DNA of 64,000 nt from Eledone cirrhosa (Eukaryota), in NCBI GenBank assembly GCA_964016885.1, contig OZ024750.1:29512001-29576000 (forward strand), read 5' to 3'. Positions within the stretch are counted from its first letter, which is position 1; each line of letters opens with the position of its first letter. Made by a program: the position numbers and the translations under genes. Below the pieces are notes generated by a model. It made no database searches. It was not told the origin of the DNA and saw nothing but the letters and a program-made list of their open reading frames with translations. This document shows, piece by piece, positions 1-13,100 of this stretch.

Positions 1-268
1 ATTCAGAAAAACTCTACATGATACATATGACAAGATGGAGGAGTTAGATATTAATGACAGAGGACATCTTGAAGTTTCTATGAGACAGCCTACTGCAGGT
101 TACTGATGAGACTTGTGGCTGGAGCAAAATACCATCCAGACTGAGATTGGCCTGGTGGAGGAACAGCACTGTGGATTGAGTTGTTAAAGCCAAGGGACAG
201 GTGTGGAAAGACTAGAAAAATGGGGGCAGTAAAGATCAGTACCAAGTAGCTAAAAAAGAAGCTAGATG
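1..268 (+). pseudogene. Decayed RTE-clade LINE ORF fragment (endonuclease-RT linker)
   Basis: Manual translation DSLLQVTDETCGWSKIPSRLRLAWWRNSTVD*VVKAKGQVWKD*KNGGSKDQYQVAKKEAR resembles the RTE linker (CGW..WW.N..V...K...WK); contains stops and a frameshift. Confidence 0.7.
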
Positions 269-269
269 A

Positions 270-316
<47 letters not shown>

Positions 317-319
317 TAT

Positions 320-485
320 AAGGAGTTGGGAACCGACAGTTGAGCTCTTGCCGTTTCAACAGGTAGTTCCAGACTCTGGAACTACCTGTTACCGACTCTT
401 TATAATATTGCCATACTCTACTACTTCAAGTATCGAGTACTCTGTTGAGTAATGGTCTAACTAGTTTCAAACTGGTTCTATCCTG

Positions 486-490
<5 letters not shown>
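320..490 (-). mobile_element. (TA)n-embedded fold-back element, family B (Penelope-like terminus with half-hammerhead)
   Basis: Hairpin AACAGGTAGTTCCAGA/CTGGAACTACCTGTT; minus strand reads GAAACGGC-AAGAGCTCAA-CTGTC-GG; tail similar to 25540-25615; TA tracts on both sides. Confidence 0.6.
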
Positions 491-549
<59 letters not shown>

Positions 550-559
550 CTAGACAGAT

Positions 560-754
560 TTGTGTATCCTAGGTTCAATCTGGAGTAACCACAGTAAGTA
601 AGGTACTCAATACTTAGCAGAGTATAAATATTTAATATAGAAATGGCTTCTACAGGACTAGAACTGTTTCATTCGAAAGAAATCATCAGGAAAGCCTGAT
701 GATTTTCTTCGAATGAAACAGTTCTAATCCTGTAGAAGCCATTTCTATATTAAA

Positions 755-760
<6 letters not shown>
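560..760. mobile_element. (TA)n-embedded fold-back element, family A, with two inverted hammerhead cores
   Basis: Inverted repeat 626-759 with a 4-nt spacer; both arms read CTGATGA-T-TTY-loop-GAA-T-GAAACAG-loop-CTGTA-GAAGCC; flanked by (TA)n. Confidence 0.75.
645..696 (-). ncRNA. Putative type I hammerhead ribozyme
   Basis: GGCUUUC CUGAUGA U UUC UUUC GAA U GAA ACAG UUCUAGUC CUGU A GAAGCC: stems I, II and III all pair, cleavage triplet GUA; 10.1-11.1 pair is U-U (non-canonical). Confidence 0.65.
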
Positions 761-813
<53 letters not shown>

Positions 814-919
814 TGTATATGTAGCACACAAAGAAGCTGAAAGCATGAGGTTTGTCAATGTCTTACAACGTGAGGATCAGGGACATGAGGTTCTAGAGTC
901 AGACCATCCCTCATGCTGA

Positions 920-1030
920 TCTATTGACAGACCTACATCCACCCTGATCTATAGACAGACCTACCCCCACCCTCTTCTATAGACAGACCTTCCCTCACCC
1001 TCTTCTATATACAGACCTTCCCTCACCCAA
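920..1030. repeat. Short ~28-bp tandem repeat
   Basis: CTATAGACAGACCT(A/T)CCC..CACCCTCTT repeated about 4 times. Confidence 0.7.
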
Positions 1031-1414
1031 TTCTAGCTACACTCCTGCAAGCCCTGATTTTTTCTTTACATGGAAACAATTCGCTCTAAATTTCTATGAA
1101 TGACATTCTTTAGTAATATTATTGTTATTATTTTATTTTTACCTGTCATTGTTTTATTATTTCATTTAAGTCATTTGAAGCAACTGTTCTTTGTCCTATG
1201 GGAACATTTTTGTATGGTTGGGAATTATATTTTTGGTGAACCTTGATCTCCCTCTCTGCTACATATTTAATGCATGTCGCCTGCATTATTAATAAATAGC
1301 TTTAGTTACATATCATTGTCTTATATATAGAAAATATTCTGCCAGTTCAAGCCTGCAGATAACTTTTTATATAGAATTTCCAGTCTGCCCTAATTTGGAA
1401 TTGAGGTTTAGACT

Positions 1415-3612
1415 CAGTGAGACACAGTGAGACACAATTAGACACAGTGAGAGATAGTGAGACACAGTGTAACACAGTGAAAAACAGTGAGACACAATGA
1501 GACACAGTGAGAGAGAGAGTGAGCCACAGTGAAAGCGAGTGAGACAGTGAGACACAGTGAGATAGTGAGAGACAGTGAAAGACGGTAAGACACAGTGAGA
1601 CATGGTGAGACACAATGAGGCAGAGTGAGACAGTGAGACAGAGTGAGACAGTGAGACACAGTGAGACAGAGTGAGACAGAGTGAGACACAATAAGATAGT
1701 GAGAGACAGTGAAAGACGGTAAGACACAGTGAGACATGGTGAGACACAATGAGGCAGAGTGAGACAGTGAGACAGAGAGACACAGTGAGACAGAGTGAGA
1801 TAGAGTGAGACACAATAAGACACAATGAGGCACAGTGAGACACAGTGAAACAGTGAGACACAGTGAAAGACAGAATGAGACAGAGTGTGAGATGGTGAGA
1901 CACAGTGAGAGAAAGTGAGACAGTGAGACACAGTGAAACAAAGTGAGACACAGTGAAACAAAGTGAGACAGAGTGAGACAGTGAGACACAGTGAGACAGT
2001 GTGTCACAGTGAGAGAGTGAAACACATTGAGACACAGTGAAACACATTGAGACAGTGAGATACAGTGAGGCAGTGAGACACAATGAAACAGAGTGAGACA
2101 GTGAGATACAGTGAGACACAGTGAGAGAGTGAGACACAATGAAACAGAGTGAGACAGTGAGATACAGTGAGACACAGTGAGAGAGTGAGACACAATGAAA
2201 CAGAGTGAGACAGTGAGATACAGTGAGACACAGTGAGACAGTGAGACACAATGAAACAGAGTGAGACAGTGAGATACAGTGAGACACAGTGAGAGAGTGA
2301 GACACAATGAAACAGAGTGAGACAGTGAGATACAGTGAGACACAGTGAGAGAGTGAGACACAATGAAACAGAGTGAGACAGTGAGATACAGTGAGACACA
2401 GTGAGACAGTGAGACACAATGAAACAGAGTGAGACAGTGAGATACAGTGAGACACAGTGAGACAGTGAGACACAATGAAACAGAGTGAGACAGTGAGATA
2501 CAGTGAGACACAGTGAGAGAGTGAGACACAATGAAACAGAGTGAGACAGTGAGATACAGTGAGACACAGTGAGACAGTGAGACACAATGAAACAGAGTGA
2601 GACAGTGAGATACAGTGAGACACAGTGAGAGAGTGAGACAATGAAACAGAGTGAGACAGTGAGATACAGTGAGACACAGTGAGAGAGTGAGACACAATGA
2701 AACAGAGTGAGACAGTGAGATACAGTGAGACACAGTGAGACAGTGAGACACAATGAAACAGAGTGAGACAGTGAGATACAGTGAGACACAGTGAGAGAGT
2801 GAGACACAATGAAACAGAGTGAGACAGTGAGATACAGTGAGACACAGTGAGAGAGTGAGACACAATGAAACAGAGTGAGACAGTGAGATACAGTGAGACA
2901 CAGTGAGACAGTGAGACACAATGAAACAGAGTGAGACAGTGAGATACAGTGAGACACAGTGAGAGAGTGAGACACAATGAAACAGAGTGAGACAGTGAGA
3001 TACAGTGAGACACAGTGAGAGAGTGAGACACAATGAAACAGAGTGAGACAGTGAGATACAGTGAGACACAGTGAGACAGTGAGACACAATGAAACAGAGT
3101 GAGACAGTGAGATACAGTGAGACACAGTGAGAGAGTGAGACACAATGAAACAGAGTGAGACAGTGAGATACAGTGAGACACAGTGAGAGAGTGAGACACA
3201 ATGAAACAGAGTGAGACAGTGAGATACAGTGAGACACAGTGAGACACAATGAAACAGAGTGAGACAGTGAGATACAGTGAGACACAGTGAGAGAGTGAGA
3301 CACAATGAAACACATTGAAACAGTGAGATACAGCGAGACACAGTGAGACAGTGAGACACAATGAAACAGAGTGAGACACAGTGAAACAAAGTGAGACACA
3401 GTGAGAGAGAGAGTGAGACAGAGTGAGACAGAGAGATACAGTGAGACACAGTGAGAGAGTGTGTCACAGTGAGAGAGTGAAACACATTGAGATACAGTGA
3501 AACAGAGTGAGACAGTGAGATACAGTGAGAGACAGTGAGACAGTGAGACACAATGAAACAGAGTGAGTCAGTGAGAGGCAGCGTGAGACACAGTGACACA
3601 GTGACACCGTGA
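1415..3612. repeat. GTGAGACACA-derived satellite with a 56-bp homogenised core (about 2080-3300)
   Basis: Unit GTGAGACACAATGAAACAGAGTGAGACAGTGAGATACAGTGAGACACAGTGAGA(G/C)A; explains the SHCVSL-rich ORFs. Confidence 0.95.
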
Positions 3613-4124
3613 GAACATATATATCAAATGAAGTGCTGAGATATAGCTTCTATTGCACCATGTATTGTTAACTCTACAATGTTGTTGTTGTTATCGTTTA
3701 ACCCCAGGTCGGGCTTGATCAAGCAGGCCTATAACCACAGGCACACCATCCGTGGCCACTCCATCTTTTCCTAAGCCACAATTAATCCAGGACTACAAAA
3801 TCAAATGTAACCTTCATTTAAAAACAAAACAAAAACCGTAGAGTGTGAATGAAGAGTGATTTGGTTATTATTTCTAGGAGGTCAAATGACAGCTAAGATA
3901 TTCCCTCCATTACTGCCTCTATCAATAGATACATTTCTTAATGGATCTATTTCTTCAATTGTCCGCTGTGTTGATTGATTATATGTGTCAATGTTCGCAG
4001 GAAGTAGTTTTACTATGATGACTCAAAAGTGACATCGTTAAATATCAGGAGAGTGATATCTCATAATATAATTGATCTTACATGATATAATTGATGTTAC
4101 ATAATATTATTGATGTTACACGAT

Positions 4125-4352
4125 AATAAATTGGTTCTTACTTTAGGCACAAGGCCAGCAATTTAAAGGGAAGCAGAAAGTCGATTAAATCGACCCCAGT
4201 GCATTACTGGTACTTTATTTTATCAACCCCGTAAGGGTGAAAGATAAAGCTATAACCTCGGCAGGATTTGAACTCAGAACGTAAAGGGCTGTAACTCTCT
4301 GCTGCAAATCATGTTGTCCAACGATCTACCGACTCAGTCAATCCACCGCCCT
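4125..4352 (-). mobile_element. tRNA-derived SINE family 1
   Basis: Reverse strand has B box GAGTTCAAATCC and the CTTTCA.CCTTACGGGGT.GATAAAATAAAGTACCAG body seen in many copies in the window. Confidence 0.85.
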
Positions 4353-4794
4353 ACTGCTGTTACATAATGTTTACAAACAAAGCTCACCACTCACAGCTGT
4401 ACCTATTGGTAATTGTATTGATCTATGGCCAACTAAATACAGCTACATTTTGACCTTGTATTGATATTTTACAGTCAGAAAACGAAACTGAATTTGATAG
4501 CAACGAAACACTTGTTTAATTTAATCTTGAGAGAAATTCCCACAAAATTGGGTGTGGCTTTGAACTATAAATAATTTCTGTCCACATTATAGTTGTCAAC
4601 ATAATTTATGATCCATGTCGTCACATGTTCTGTTACACCTTTTCTACAATTTGCACCCCCTTCATACGTATTTTGTGGTGAAACTAATGCTGGCCATTCA
4701 ACAACCCTCCACCCATTTGACCAGTACATTATCTCTCATTTTCAGAAATGCAGCCATCTTTGACTTTAATATAGATTGAAGTTTAACCCTTGAA

Positions 4795-5148
4795 ACCTCT
4801 AAAACCTCTAAAAACCCAAACGGGGAGTACTATGAAAAAAAGTGCCCTAAAACTGGGAGAAACGAGGCAAAATGGGAAGATTTTACATAATGAAAGCTAT
4901 ACCCATTTTCACAAGAGAAGACATCTCTCACCCACCCCAAAATGGGTGAGAGATCTTGCCCGTCGGACGGGGAGAGCTGACAGGCCTGATACATAGATAA
5001 TATATATATATAATACACACACATATATATATACACACACATACATGTAAACAAAACTCTAAAAACCCAAACGGAGAGTACCATGAACAAGCGTGCCCCA
5101 GAATGGGGAGATTTTACATAATGAAAGCTTTACGAGGTGACAGGTCTG
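4795..5148. mobile_element. Two partial copies of the CAGACCTGTCAAC-TIR MITE family
   Basis: Homologous to 16704-16900; copies end GCTGACAGGCCTG (4988) and GGTGACAGGTCTG (5148). Confidence 0.65.
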
Positions 5149-5300
5149 CCCTTGATTTTTGCACCAGATTCAGATATGACAGTCAGAAAATCAAAAATGG
5201 CGACCAGCCGCCAAGTTCATATTTTCCTCTGTATGTAAGACTGCCGTCAACCTTCAACGTCTCTGCCCTTCTATACTACATCCACTTCCACTCTATGGTT

Positions 5301-5487
5301 GATAATGGTTTCTGATTTAGGAACAAGGTCAACAATATTTTGGGGGGATGAGAAAGTCGATTAAATCAACGCCAGTGTATTACTGGTACTTTATATTATC
5401 GACCCTGTATGGATTTCAACTCAGAACGTAAAAGTCTGTAACTATATGTCACAAAGCATGTTGCCTGACGCTCTACCAATACTCCAC
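5301..5487 (-). mobile_element. SINE family 1, diverged
   Basis: Same body and degenerate B box as other family 1 copies. Confidence 0.75.
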
Positions 5488-5771
5488 TATGTAATAAACA
5501 TGTTTGTATATAAAAGTACCTCTATTTACTTTCACTAGAACGCAATAAATACTATGTTCTCTATATGTGTATCACTATATAAACTAAACAGTAAACTGGA
5601 GTATAAGTACATTGTTATATTATTAAAATAAAGTCGATTTTCTAGAGGAATAAATGCTCATGAGATTTCCATAATTTTGATATGATAGCAGGTGTATTTT
5701 TACGGCCAACACCAGAAAAGTCTAGATTGTTTTAGTTTTTGTCTTTTATTTTTGTTTCGTAAATAATGCAT

Positions 5772-5805
<34 letters not shown>

Positions 5806-6079
5806 CAAATTATATATATATATAACAAATTATATATATATAACAAATTATAAAATAAGAAATAATAGACACAGATATATACCTATTTTTTCTTCAATGT
5901 AGTCATTAGTCAGGATTTATATTTTCTACTACATTTTGTTTTAGTAAATAAAATGTATTTCGTGTGATATGGAATTTCTATTTGTGCTTATGTGGGTTTG
6001 GAATATTTTTTGACAGCCAAAATGAGCAACAAGGTTGAGAAACCCAGGTTTAAATTATACTAAAGAAATTTTAATTAGT

Positions 6080-6290
6080 TCTTTTCCAGGTCGATACAAA
6101 AGTACCAGTTTAGTACTGGGGTCGATTCCGTCTATGGGTCTCTTTTTCACTTTCCTCTCTATCGAACTACGTTTCTCATTCTGTGGAAGAAATCAATTGC
6201 GTTCAAATCCTGAGAGAGGTGGATTCTGCCAGGTTTAAAATGTTCAAGATACGTCATATATCAAGGCAGTGCCCTGATGACTTCATCAGT
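6080..6290 (+). mobile_element. SINE family 2 fragment
   Basis: GGTCGATA..AAGTACCAGT..GTACTGGGGTCGATT shared with 8680, 26790, 28850 and 44785 copies. Confidence 0.55.
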
Positions 6291-6830
6291 CTGAGCCAAA
6301 TATTAGTTTTGTATAGTCAAATATTTAAAATTCCACATCTGGCCTGAGCCTAATGGTGGTGTTATATGGTCAAGTATTTATAATTCCACATCTGGCCTGA
6401 GCCAAATACTGGTTTTGTAAGGTCGAATATTTATAATTCCACATCTGGCCTGAACCTAATGGTGATTTTGTATGGTCAAATATTTATAATTTCACATCTG
6501 GCCTGAGCCTAATGCTGGTTTTGTCTGGTCAAATATTTATAATTTACATTTGGCCTGAGCCAAATATTGGTTTTGTAGGGTCAAATATTTATAATTCCAC
6601 ATCATTCCTGAGCCAAATACTGGCTTTGTCTCGTCAAATATTTATAATTTGACATCTGGCCTGAGCCAAATACTGATTTTATTATTTCACATCTGGCTTG
6701 AACCTAATGGTGGTTTTGTCTGGTCAAATATTTATTATTTGACATCTGGTCTGAGTCTAATGCTGGTTTTGTATGGTCAAATGTTTATAATTTCACATCT
6801 GGCCTAAGGTTAATTCTGGTTTTCTTAAAT
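6285..6830. repeat. ~53-bp minisatellite, about 10 copies
   Basis: GGTCAAATATTTATAATTCCACATCTGGCCTGAGCCAAATACTGGTTTTGTA recurs at a 53-54 bp period. Confidence 0.9.
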
Positions 6831-6999
6831 ATTTATCTGTGTTGTTGTGGAAAGTAATATAGAAAAGTGTAAAAAGAAAAGAGAAGTTAATCCTCATTTA
6901 ACCATATTGTTGGTAAGGGATAAGCAAAACATTGATAGGTGGCGATCCAACAGTGGGAACAAATGTAGACAGAAAACCGTTCACACGCATACACGTGGC

Positions 7000-7046
<47 letters not shown>

Positions 7047-7799
7047 TAGATAGATATATAGATAGATAGATAGATAGATAGATAGAGAAAGAGAGAGAGA
7101 GAGAGAGATGTAGTCCTTGAAAAACCGGTTTGTATAGGGTGAATGAATTAAGTAGATTATTAACAAATTGTAAACACATAGCAAATGAATATAAAGGAAA
7201 TATTAATTTAACTAAAACATTCACAGGGAATTTTATATAATTGGTGTACGTTAGCGTTGTTAGTGGCAGTAGCCGAGACTCACGTAAACACATGTAAGAA
7301 GGAAACACTCCCCTATATCATAAGTACGCAATATAATTAAAAAAAACTAAGAACGAGGGTGTAGAATAGGTTATAAACGTCAGACTTGGAAGAAATTACA
7401 TAGACTTCGTCTATAAGTTACTCGTTTTACGGATTTTCAAGCAACCATTCTAATAAATGAGTCAAATCTGTAGTTATATGTACAGTATAAACTACGAAAA
7501 CTGCTCATTAGCATGTTTTTTTTTCTTTTTCTCTTCTTTCTTTCTCTTCTCTCTCTCTCTCTCTCTCTCTCCGCTATCGTCTCTGTTTCGTCTTTTCTTT
7601 CCCTAATAACTTTCTAAGTTATTAACGCACTATGGATAGATGTATTGGTTTTAATGCGCTGAAACATCTGAGACCCGCAGCAAACAACTTATGAGGGGAA
7701 ATGTCTATCTCTATGTTTGTGTTTCCTTTACTTTCTAAACACTCGTTCTTAGTAACCACACAGCCTTGTCCCTTTCAATTCATATATATATATATATAT

Positions 7800-7856
7800 A
7801 TTTATACTCTGCTGTGTATTGAGTACCTTACTGTGGTTACCCCCAATGAACCTTAC

Positions 7857-7897
<41 letters not shown>

Positions 7898-7950
7898 TAT
7901 ACTCTGCTGTGTATTGAGTACCTTACTGTGGTTACCCCCAATGAACCTTA
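7800..7950 (+). repeat. Tandem duplication of the family A 3' tail between microsatellites
   Basis: TATACTCTGCTGTGTATTGAGTACCTTACTGTGGTTACCCCCAATGAACCTTAC occurs twice; matches 18362-18427 and the reverse complement of 560-625. Confidence 0.75.
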
Positions 7951-7951
7951 C

Positions 7952-8006
<55 letters not shown>

Positions 8007-8209
8007 AAACTATTTGATGTAACCAGAACGTTACTATAGAAAGCTATTTGTCATTAGCTTCCGTGACCCCTTTGAATTTTATTTTATTTTATAGAAGGAA
8101 ATAATAAATAAAGAATATTCACGTTTACTGCAGAAACTGTCGTGTCATGCTGAGTTTATCTAAATATTATTCTATCCTTTACATTCACAAGCCGACAGGT
8201 AAAACTCTC

Positions 8210-8440
8210 TCTAATACTAACTACTTTAAATATACTCTCTTTAATACTTTCCACCTTAAATATACTCTCTGTATTAATAGCTACTTTAAATATACTCTCT
8301 TTAATACTTTCCACCTTAAATATACTCTCTGTATTAATAGCTACTTTAAATATACTTTCTTTAATACTTTCCACCTTAAATATACTCTCTGTATTAATAG
8401 CTACTTTAAATATACTTTCTCTAATACTAGCTACTTTTAA
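8210..8440. repeat. 60-bp (2x30) tandem repeat
   Basis: CTACTTTAAATATACTCTCTTTAATACTTTCCACCTTAAATATACTCTCTGTATTAATAG, about 3.8 copies. Confidence 0.9.
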
Positions 8441-8442
8441 TA

Positions 8443-8680
8443 TCTTCTTCTTCGCCCACTTATTCCTGAGAGGATCATGGGGGCAGAGTCCTCAAACATT
8501 CCTTCCAGTGGGTCCTGTCAGAAGCAACTGTCTCCAACTGATCCAGCTGCATACCCAAGCATGACCAACCAAGCTCATGGATATTATCCAGCCATCTTGC
8601 TCGGGATCTACCACTGGATCTCCTGCTGATTGGTTTTGTCCGTAAAATCTGTCCAGCGATTATTTCCTGAGATACTTAAG
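8443..8680 (-). mobile_element. RTE LINE 3' end, (GAA)n-tailed family
   Basis: Homologous to 37363-37600; reverse strand encodes VASDRTHWKECLR and ends in GAAGAAGAAG. Confidence 0.8.
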
Positions 8681-8872
8681 GTCAATAAAAAAAAAGTACC
8701 AGTCAAGTACTGGGGGAGGGGGTCGATTCTTTCTCTCAATCTCTTTCACACTTCCACTCTCTCACCTTCTATCTTTCTATTCAGACCTGGAGAGGAGATG
8801 AGCTCCGCCGGGTTTTAAAATGCCCTAGAAACGCCGTATGCTAATATGGTGCCTCTACGACTCTGTCAGCAG
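8680..8872 (+). mobile_element. SINE family 2 fragment
   Basis: TATTCAGACCTGGAGAGGAGATG...TTTAAAATGCCCTAGAAAC matches the reverse complement of 26790-26890. Confidence 0.7.
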
Positions 8873-9119
8873 TTATGCGACCATGCATACAATTACATAT
8901 TTACAATATATACACAATATTATGGGTCCTCCGATGATCATTCAGTTGTTTGATCAACTTAAACATCCAGTTCCTGAATTAACATGTAAGTGGTTGAGTC
9001 CTCCGCAGACATATAATTCCCAGGCCGAAGCAGCGAGACACAATATCTGACAATGCTGGTTCGATCTTTGAATTACTGGTACAACCCATCAATGTCAATC
9101 ACAAGGTTTGAGTCAGTCA

Positions 9120-9222
9120 GGGGATATTCAAAGACACTTGCCTAAGATGTCACACAGTGAGATCGAACACCCAACCTTTAGATTGTGAAGCGAACTCTTT
9201 AACCATTCAGCCACAACTGCAT
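9120..9222 (-). mobile_element. tRNA-headed CORE-type SINE 5' part
   Basis: Reverse strand TGGCTGAATGG (A box) ... GTTCGATCTC (B box) ... CTTAGGCAAGTGTCTT. Confidence 0.6.
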
Positions 9223-9259
9223 TCACAACAGTTTCCTACCTTCCTATAATATTCTTTGT

Positions 9260-9965
9260 AATTGTTTCTAATATCAACACAAGACCCACAGTTTCGGCGA
9301 CGCGGGTGGGGGGTCGATCATATCAACCCCAGTATTTCACTGGTACATTGACTTTTTTATCGACTCCGGAAAGATAAAAGGCAAAGTAGACCTCGGTGGG
9401 ATTTGAACTCAGAATGTAGAAAGCCTGACTAAAGGCTATAAAACATTTTTCCTGACGCTCTACCGATTATGCCAATCCACCGTCCGCCTGTATTGAATAA
9501 AGTTTCTGATTTACGCACAAGACCAACACTTTTGGAGGAGGGGGAAGTCGTTTAAATCGACCCAGTACATTACTGGTGCTTTATTTTATTGATTTCTTAT
9601 GTAGGCACAAGACTAACAATTTTGAGGGGAGGGGAAAGGTCGATAAAATCGACCCAGTGCATTACTAGCGCTTTATTTTATTGATTTCTGGTGTAGGCAC
9701 AAGACCAACAAATTTGGTGGGAGGAAGAAGTCGTTTAAATCGATCCCAGTGCATTACTGGTGCTTTATTTTATTGATTTCTGATGTAGGCACAAGGCCAA
9801 CAATTTTGAGGGGAGGGGAAAGGTCGATAAAATCGACCCCAATGCATTACTGGTACTTTATTTTATCGTTTCCGGAAGGATGAAAGACAAAGCTAACTTC
9901 GGCGGGATTTGAACTCAGAACATAAAAACATTTCGTCCAACGTTCTAACAATACTGCCAATGCCT
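9260..9965 (-). mobile_element. SINE family 1 cluster, including four tandem ~90-bp copies of the SINE 3' half
   Basis: GCACAAG.C.AACA..TT...GTCG..AAATCGA.CCAGTGCATTACTGG repeated at about 9515, 9605, 9696 and 9788. Confidence 0.85.
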
Positions 9966-9995
9966 TACCATAAGCCCCCTACCCCCTCACACACA

Positions 9996-10047
<52 letters not shown>

Positions 10048-10159
10048 ATATCGATATTTTCACATCTTGAAACAGTTGGGCTTTTCACTGATTGCTTCTT
10101 CTATAAGTGTGACCCTGTTGTTCCCGATCACCATCATGGTTGCTTCTAATACCAGGAGA

Positions 10160-13100
10160 GGTACCACCACTATAGTGGACAGTGGCTAGGTACCACCACT
10201 ATAGTGGACAATGGCTAGGTACCACTATAGTGGACAGTGGCTAGCTACCACTATAGTGGACAGTGGCTAGCTACCACTATAGTGGACAGTGGCTAGCTAC
10301 CACTATAGTGGACAGTGGCTAGCTACCACCACTATACTGGACAGTGGCTAGCTACCACCACTATAGTGGACAGTGGCTAGCTACCACTATAGTGGACAGT
10401 GGCTAGCTACCACCACTATAGTGGACAGTGGCTAGCTACCACTATAGTGGACAGTGGCTAGCTACCACCACTATAGTGGACAGTGGCTAGGTACCACCAC
10501 TATAGTGGACAGTGGCTAGCTACCACCACTATAATGGACAGTGGCTAGCTACCACCACTATAGTGGACAGTGGCTAGCTACCACTATAGTGGACAGTGGC
10601 TAGCTACCACCACTATAGTGGACAGTGGCTAGCTACCACCACTATAGTGGACAGTGGCTAGCTACCACTATAGTGGACAGTGGCTAGCTACCACCACTAT
10701 AGTGGACAGTGACTAGCTACCACCACTATAATGGACAGTGGCTAGCTACCACCACTATAGTGGACAGTGGCTAGCTACCACCACTATAATGGACAGTGGC
10801 TAGCTACCACCACTATAGTGGACAGTGGCTAGCTACCACTATAGTGGACAGTGGCTAGCTACCACCACTATAGTGGACAGTGGCTAGCTACCACCACTAT
10901 AGTGGACAGTGGCTAGCTACCACCACTATAGTGGACAGTGGCTAGCTACCACTATAGTGGACAGTGGCTAGCTACCACCACTATAGTGGACAGTGGCTAG
11001 CTACCACCACTATAGTGGACAGTGGCTAGCTACCACTATAGTGGACAGTGGCTAGCTACCACCACTATAGTGGACAGTGGCTAGCTACCACCACTATAGT
11101 GGACAGTGGCTAGCTACCACCACTATAGTGGACAGTGGCTAGCTACCACTATAGTGGACAGTGGCTAGCTACCACCACTATAGTGGACAGTGGCTAGCTA
11201 CCACCACTATAGTGGACAGTGGCTAGCTACCACTATAGTGGACAGTGGCTAGCTACCACCACTATAGTGGACAGTGGCTAGCTACCACCACTATAGTGGA
11301 CAGTGGCTAGCTACCACCACTATAGTGGACAGTGGCTAGCTACCACTATAGTGGACAGTGGCTAGCTACCACTATAGTGGACAGTGGCTAGCTACCACTA
11401 TAGTGGACAGTGGCTAGCTACCACCACTATACTGGACAGTGGCTAGCTACCACCACTATAGTGGACAGTGGCTAGCTACCACTATAGTGGACAGTGGCTA
11501 GCTACCACCACTATAGTGGACAGTGGCTAGCTACCACTATAGTGGACAGTGGCTAGCTACCACCACTATAGTGGACAGTGGCTAGCTACCACCACTATAG
11601 TGGACAGTGGCTAGCTACCACCACTATAATGGACAGTGGCTAGCTACCACTATAGTGGACAGTGGCTAGCTACCACCACTATAGTGGACAGTGGCTAGCT
11701 ACCACTATAGTGGACAGTGGCTAGCTACCACCACTATACTGGACAGTGGCTAGCTACCACTATAGTGGACAGTGGCTAGCTACCACCACTATACTGGACA
11801 GTGGCTAGCTACCACCACTATACTGGACAGTGGCTAGGTACCACCACTATAATGGACAGTGGCTAGCTACCACCACTATAGTGGACAGTGGCTAGCTACC
11901 ACCACTATAGTGGACAGTGGCTAGCTACCACCACTATACTGGACAGTGGCTAGGTACCACCACTATACTGGACAGTGGCTAGCTACCACTATAGTGGACA
12001 GTGGCTAGCTACCACTATAGTGGACAGTGGCTAGCTACCACCACTATACTGGACAGTGGCTAGCTACCACTATAGTGGACAATGGCTAGCTACCACCACT
12101 ATAGTGGACAGTGGCTAGCTACCACCACTATAGTGGACAGTGGCTAGCTACCACCACTATAGTGGACAGTGGCTAGCTACCACCACTATAGTGGACAGTG
12201 GCTAGCTACCACCACTATACTGGACAGTGGCTAGGTACCACCACTATACTGGACAGTGGCTAGCTACCACTATAGTGGACAATGGCTAGCTACCACCACT
12301 ATAGTGGACAGTGGCTAGCTACCACCACTATAGTGGACAGTGGCTAGCTACCACCACTATAGTGGACAGTGGCTAGCTACCACCACTATACTGGACAGTG
12401 GCTAGGTACCACCACTATAGTGGACAGTGGCTAGCTACCACCACTATACTGGACAGTGGCTAGCTACCACCACTATAGTGGACAGTGGCTAGCTACCACC
12501 ACTATAGTGGACAGTGGCTAGCTACCACCACTATAGTGGACAGTGGCTAGCTACCACCACTATACTGGACAGTGGCTAGCTACCACCACTATAATGGACA
12601 GTGGCTAGCTACCACCACTATAGTGGACAGTGGCTAGCTACCACCACTATAGTGGACAGTGGCTAGCTACCACCACTATAATGGACAGTGGCTAGCTACC
12701 ACCACTATAGTGGACAGTGGCTAGCTACCACCACTATAATGGACAGTGGCTAGCTACCACCACTATAGTGGACAGTGGCTAGCTACCACCACTATACTGG
12801 ACAGTGGCTAGCTACCACCACTATAATGGACAGTGGCTAGCTACCACCACTATACTGGACAGTGGCTAGCTACCACCACTATAATGGACAGTGGCTAGCT
12901 ACCACTATAGTGGCCAGTGGCTAGCTACCACCACTATACTGGACAGTGGCTAGCTACCACCACTATAATGGACAGTGGCTAGCTACCACCACTATAGTGG
13001 ACAGTGGCTAGCTACCACCACTATAGTGGACAGTGGCTAGCTACCACTATAGTGGACAGTGGCTAGCTACCACCACTATAATGGACAGTGGCTAGCTACC

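Noticed and set aside
1347-3599. Long ORFs of 500-670 aa
   Set aside because: Open in all three minus frames because the satellite lacks stops; low-complexity translation
1415-3612. RAG/Transib RSS heptamers CACAGTG
   Set aside because: A by-product of the repeat unit; no ACAAAAACC nonamer at 12/23 spacing and no transposase
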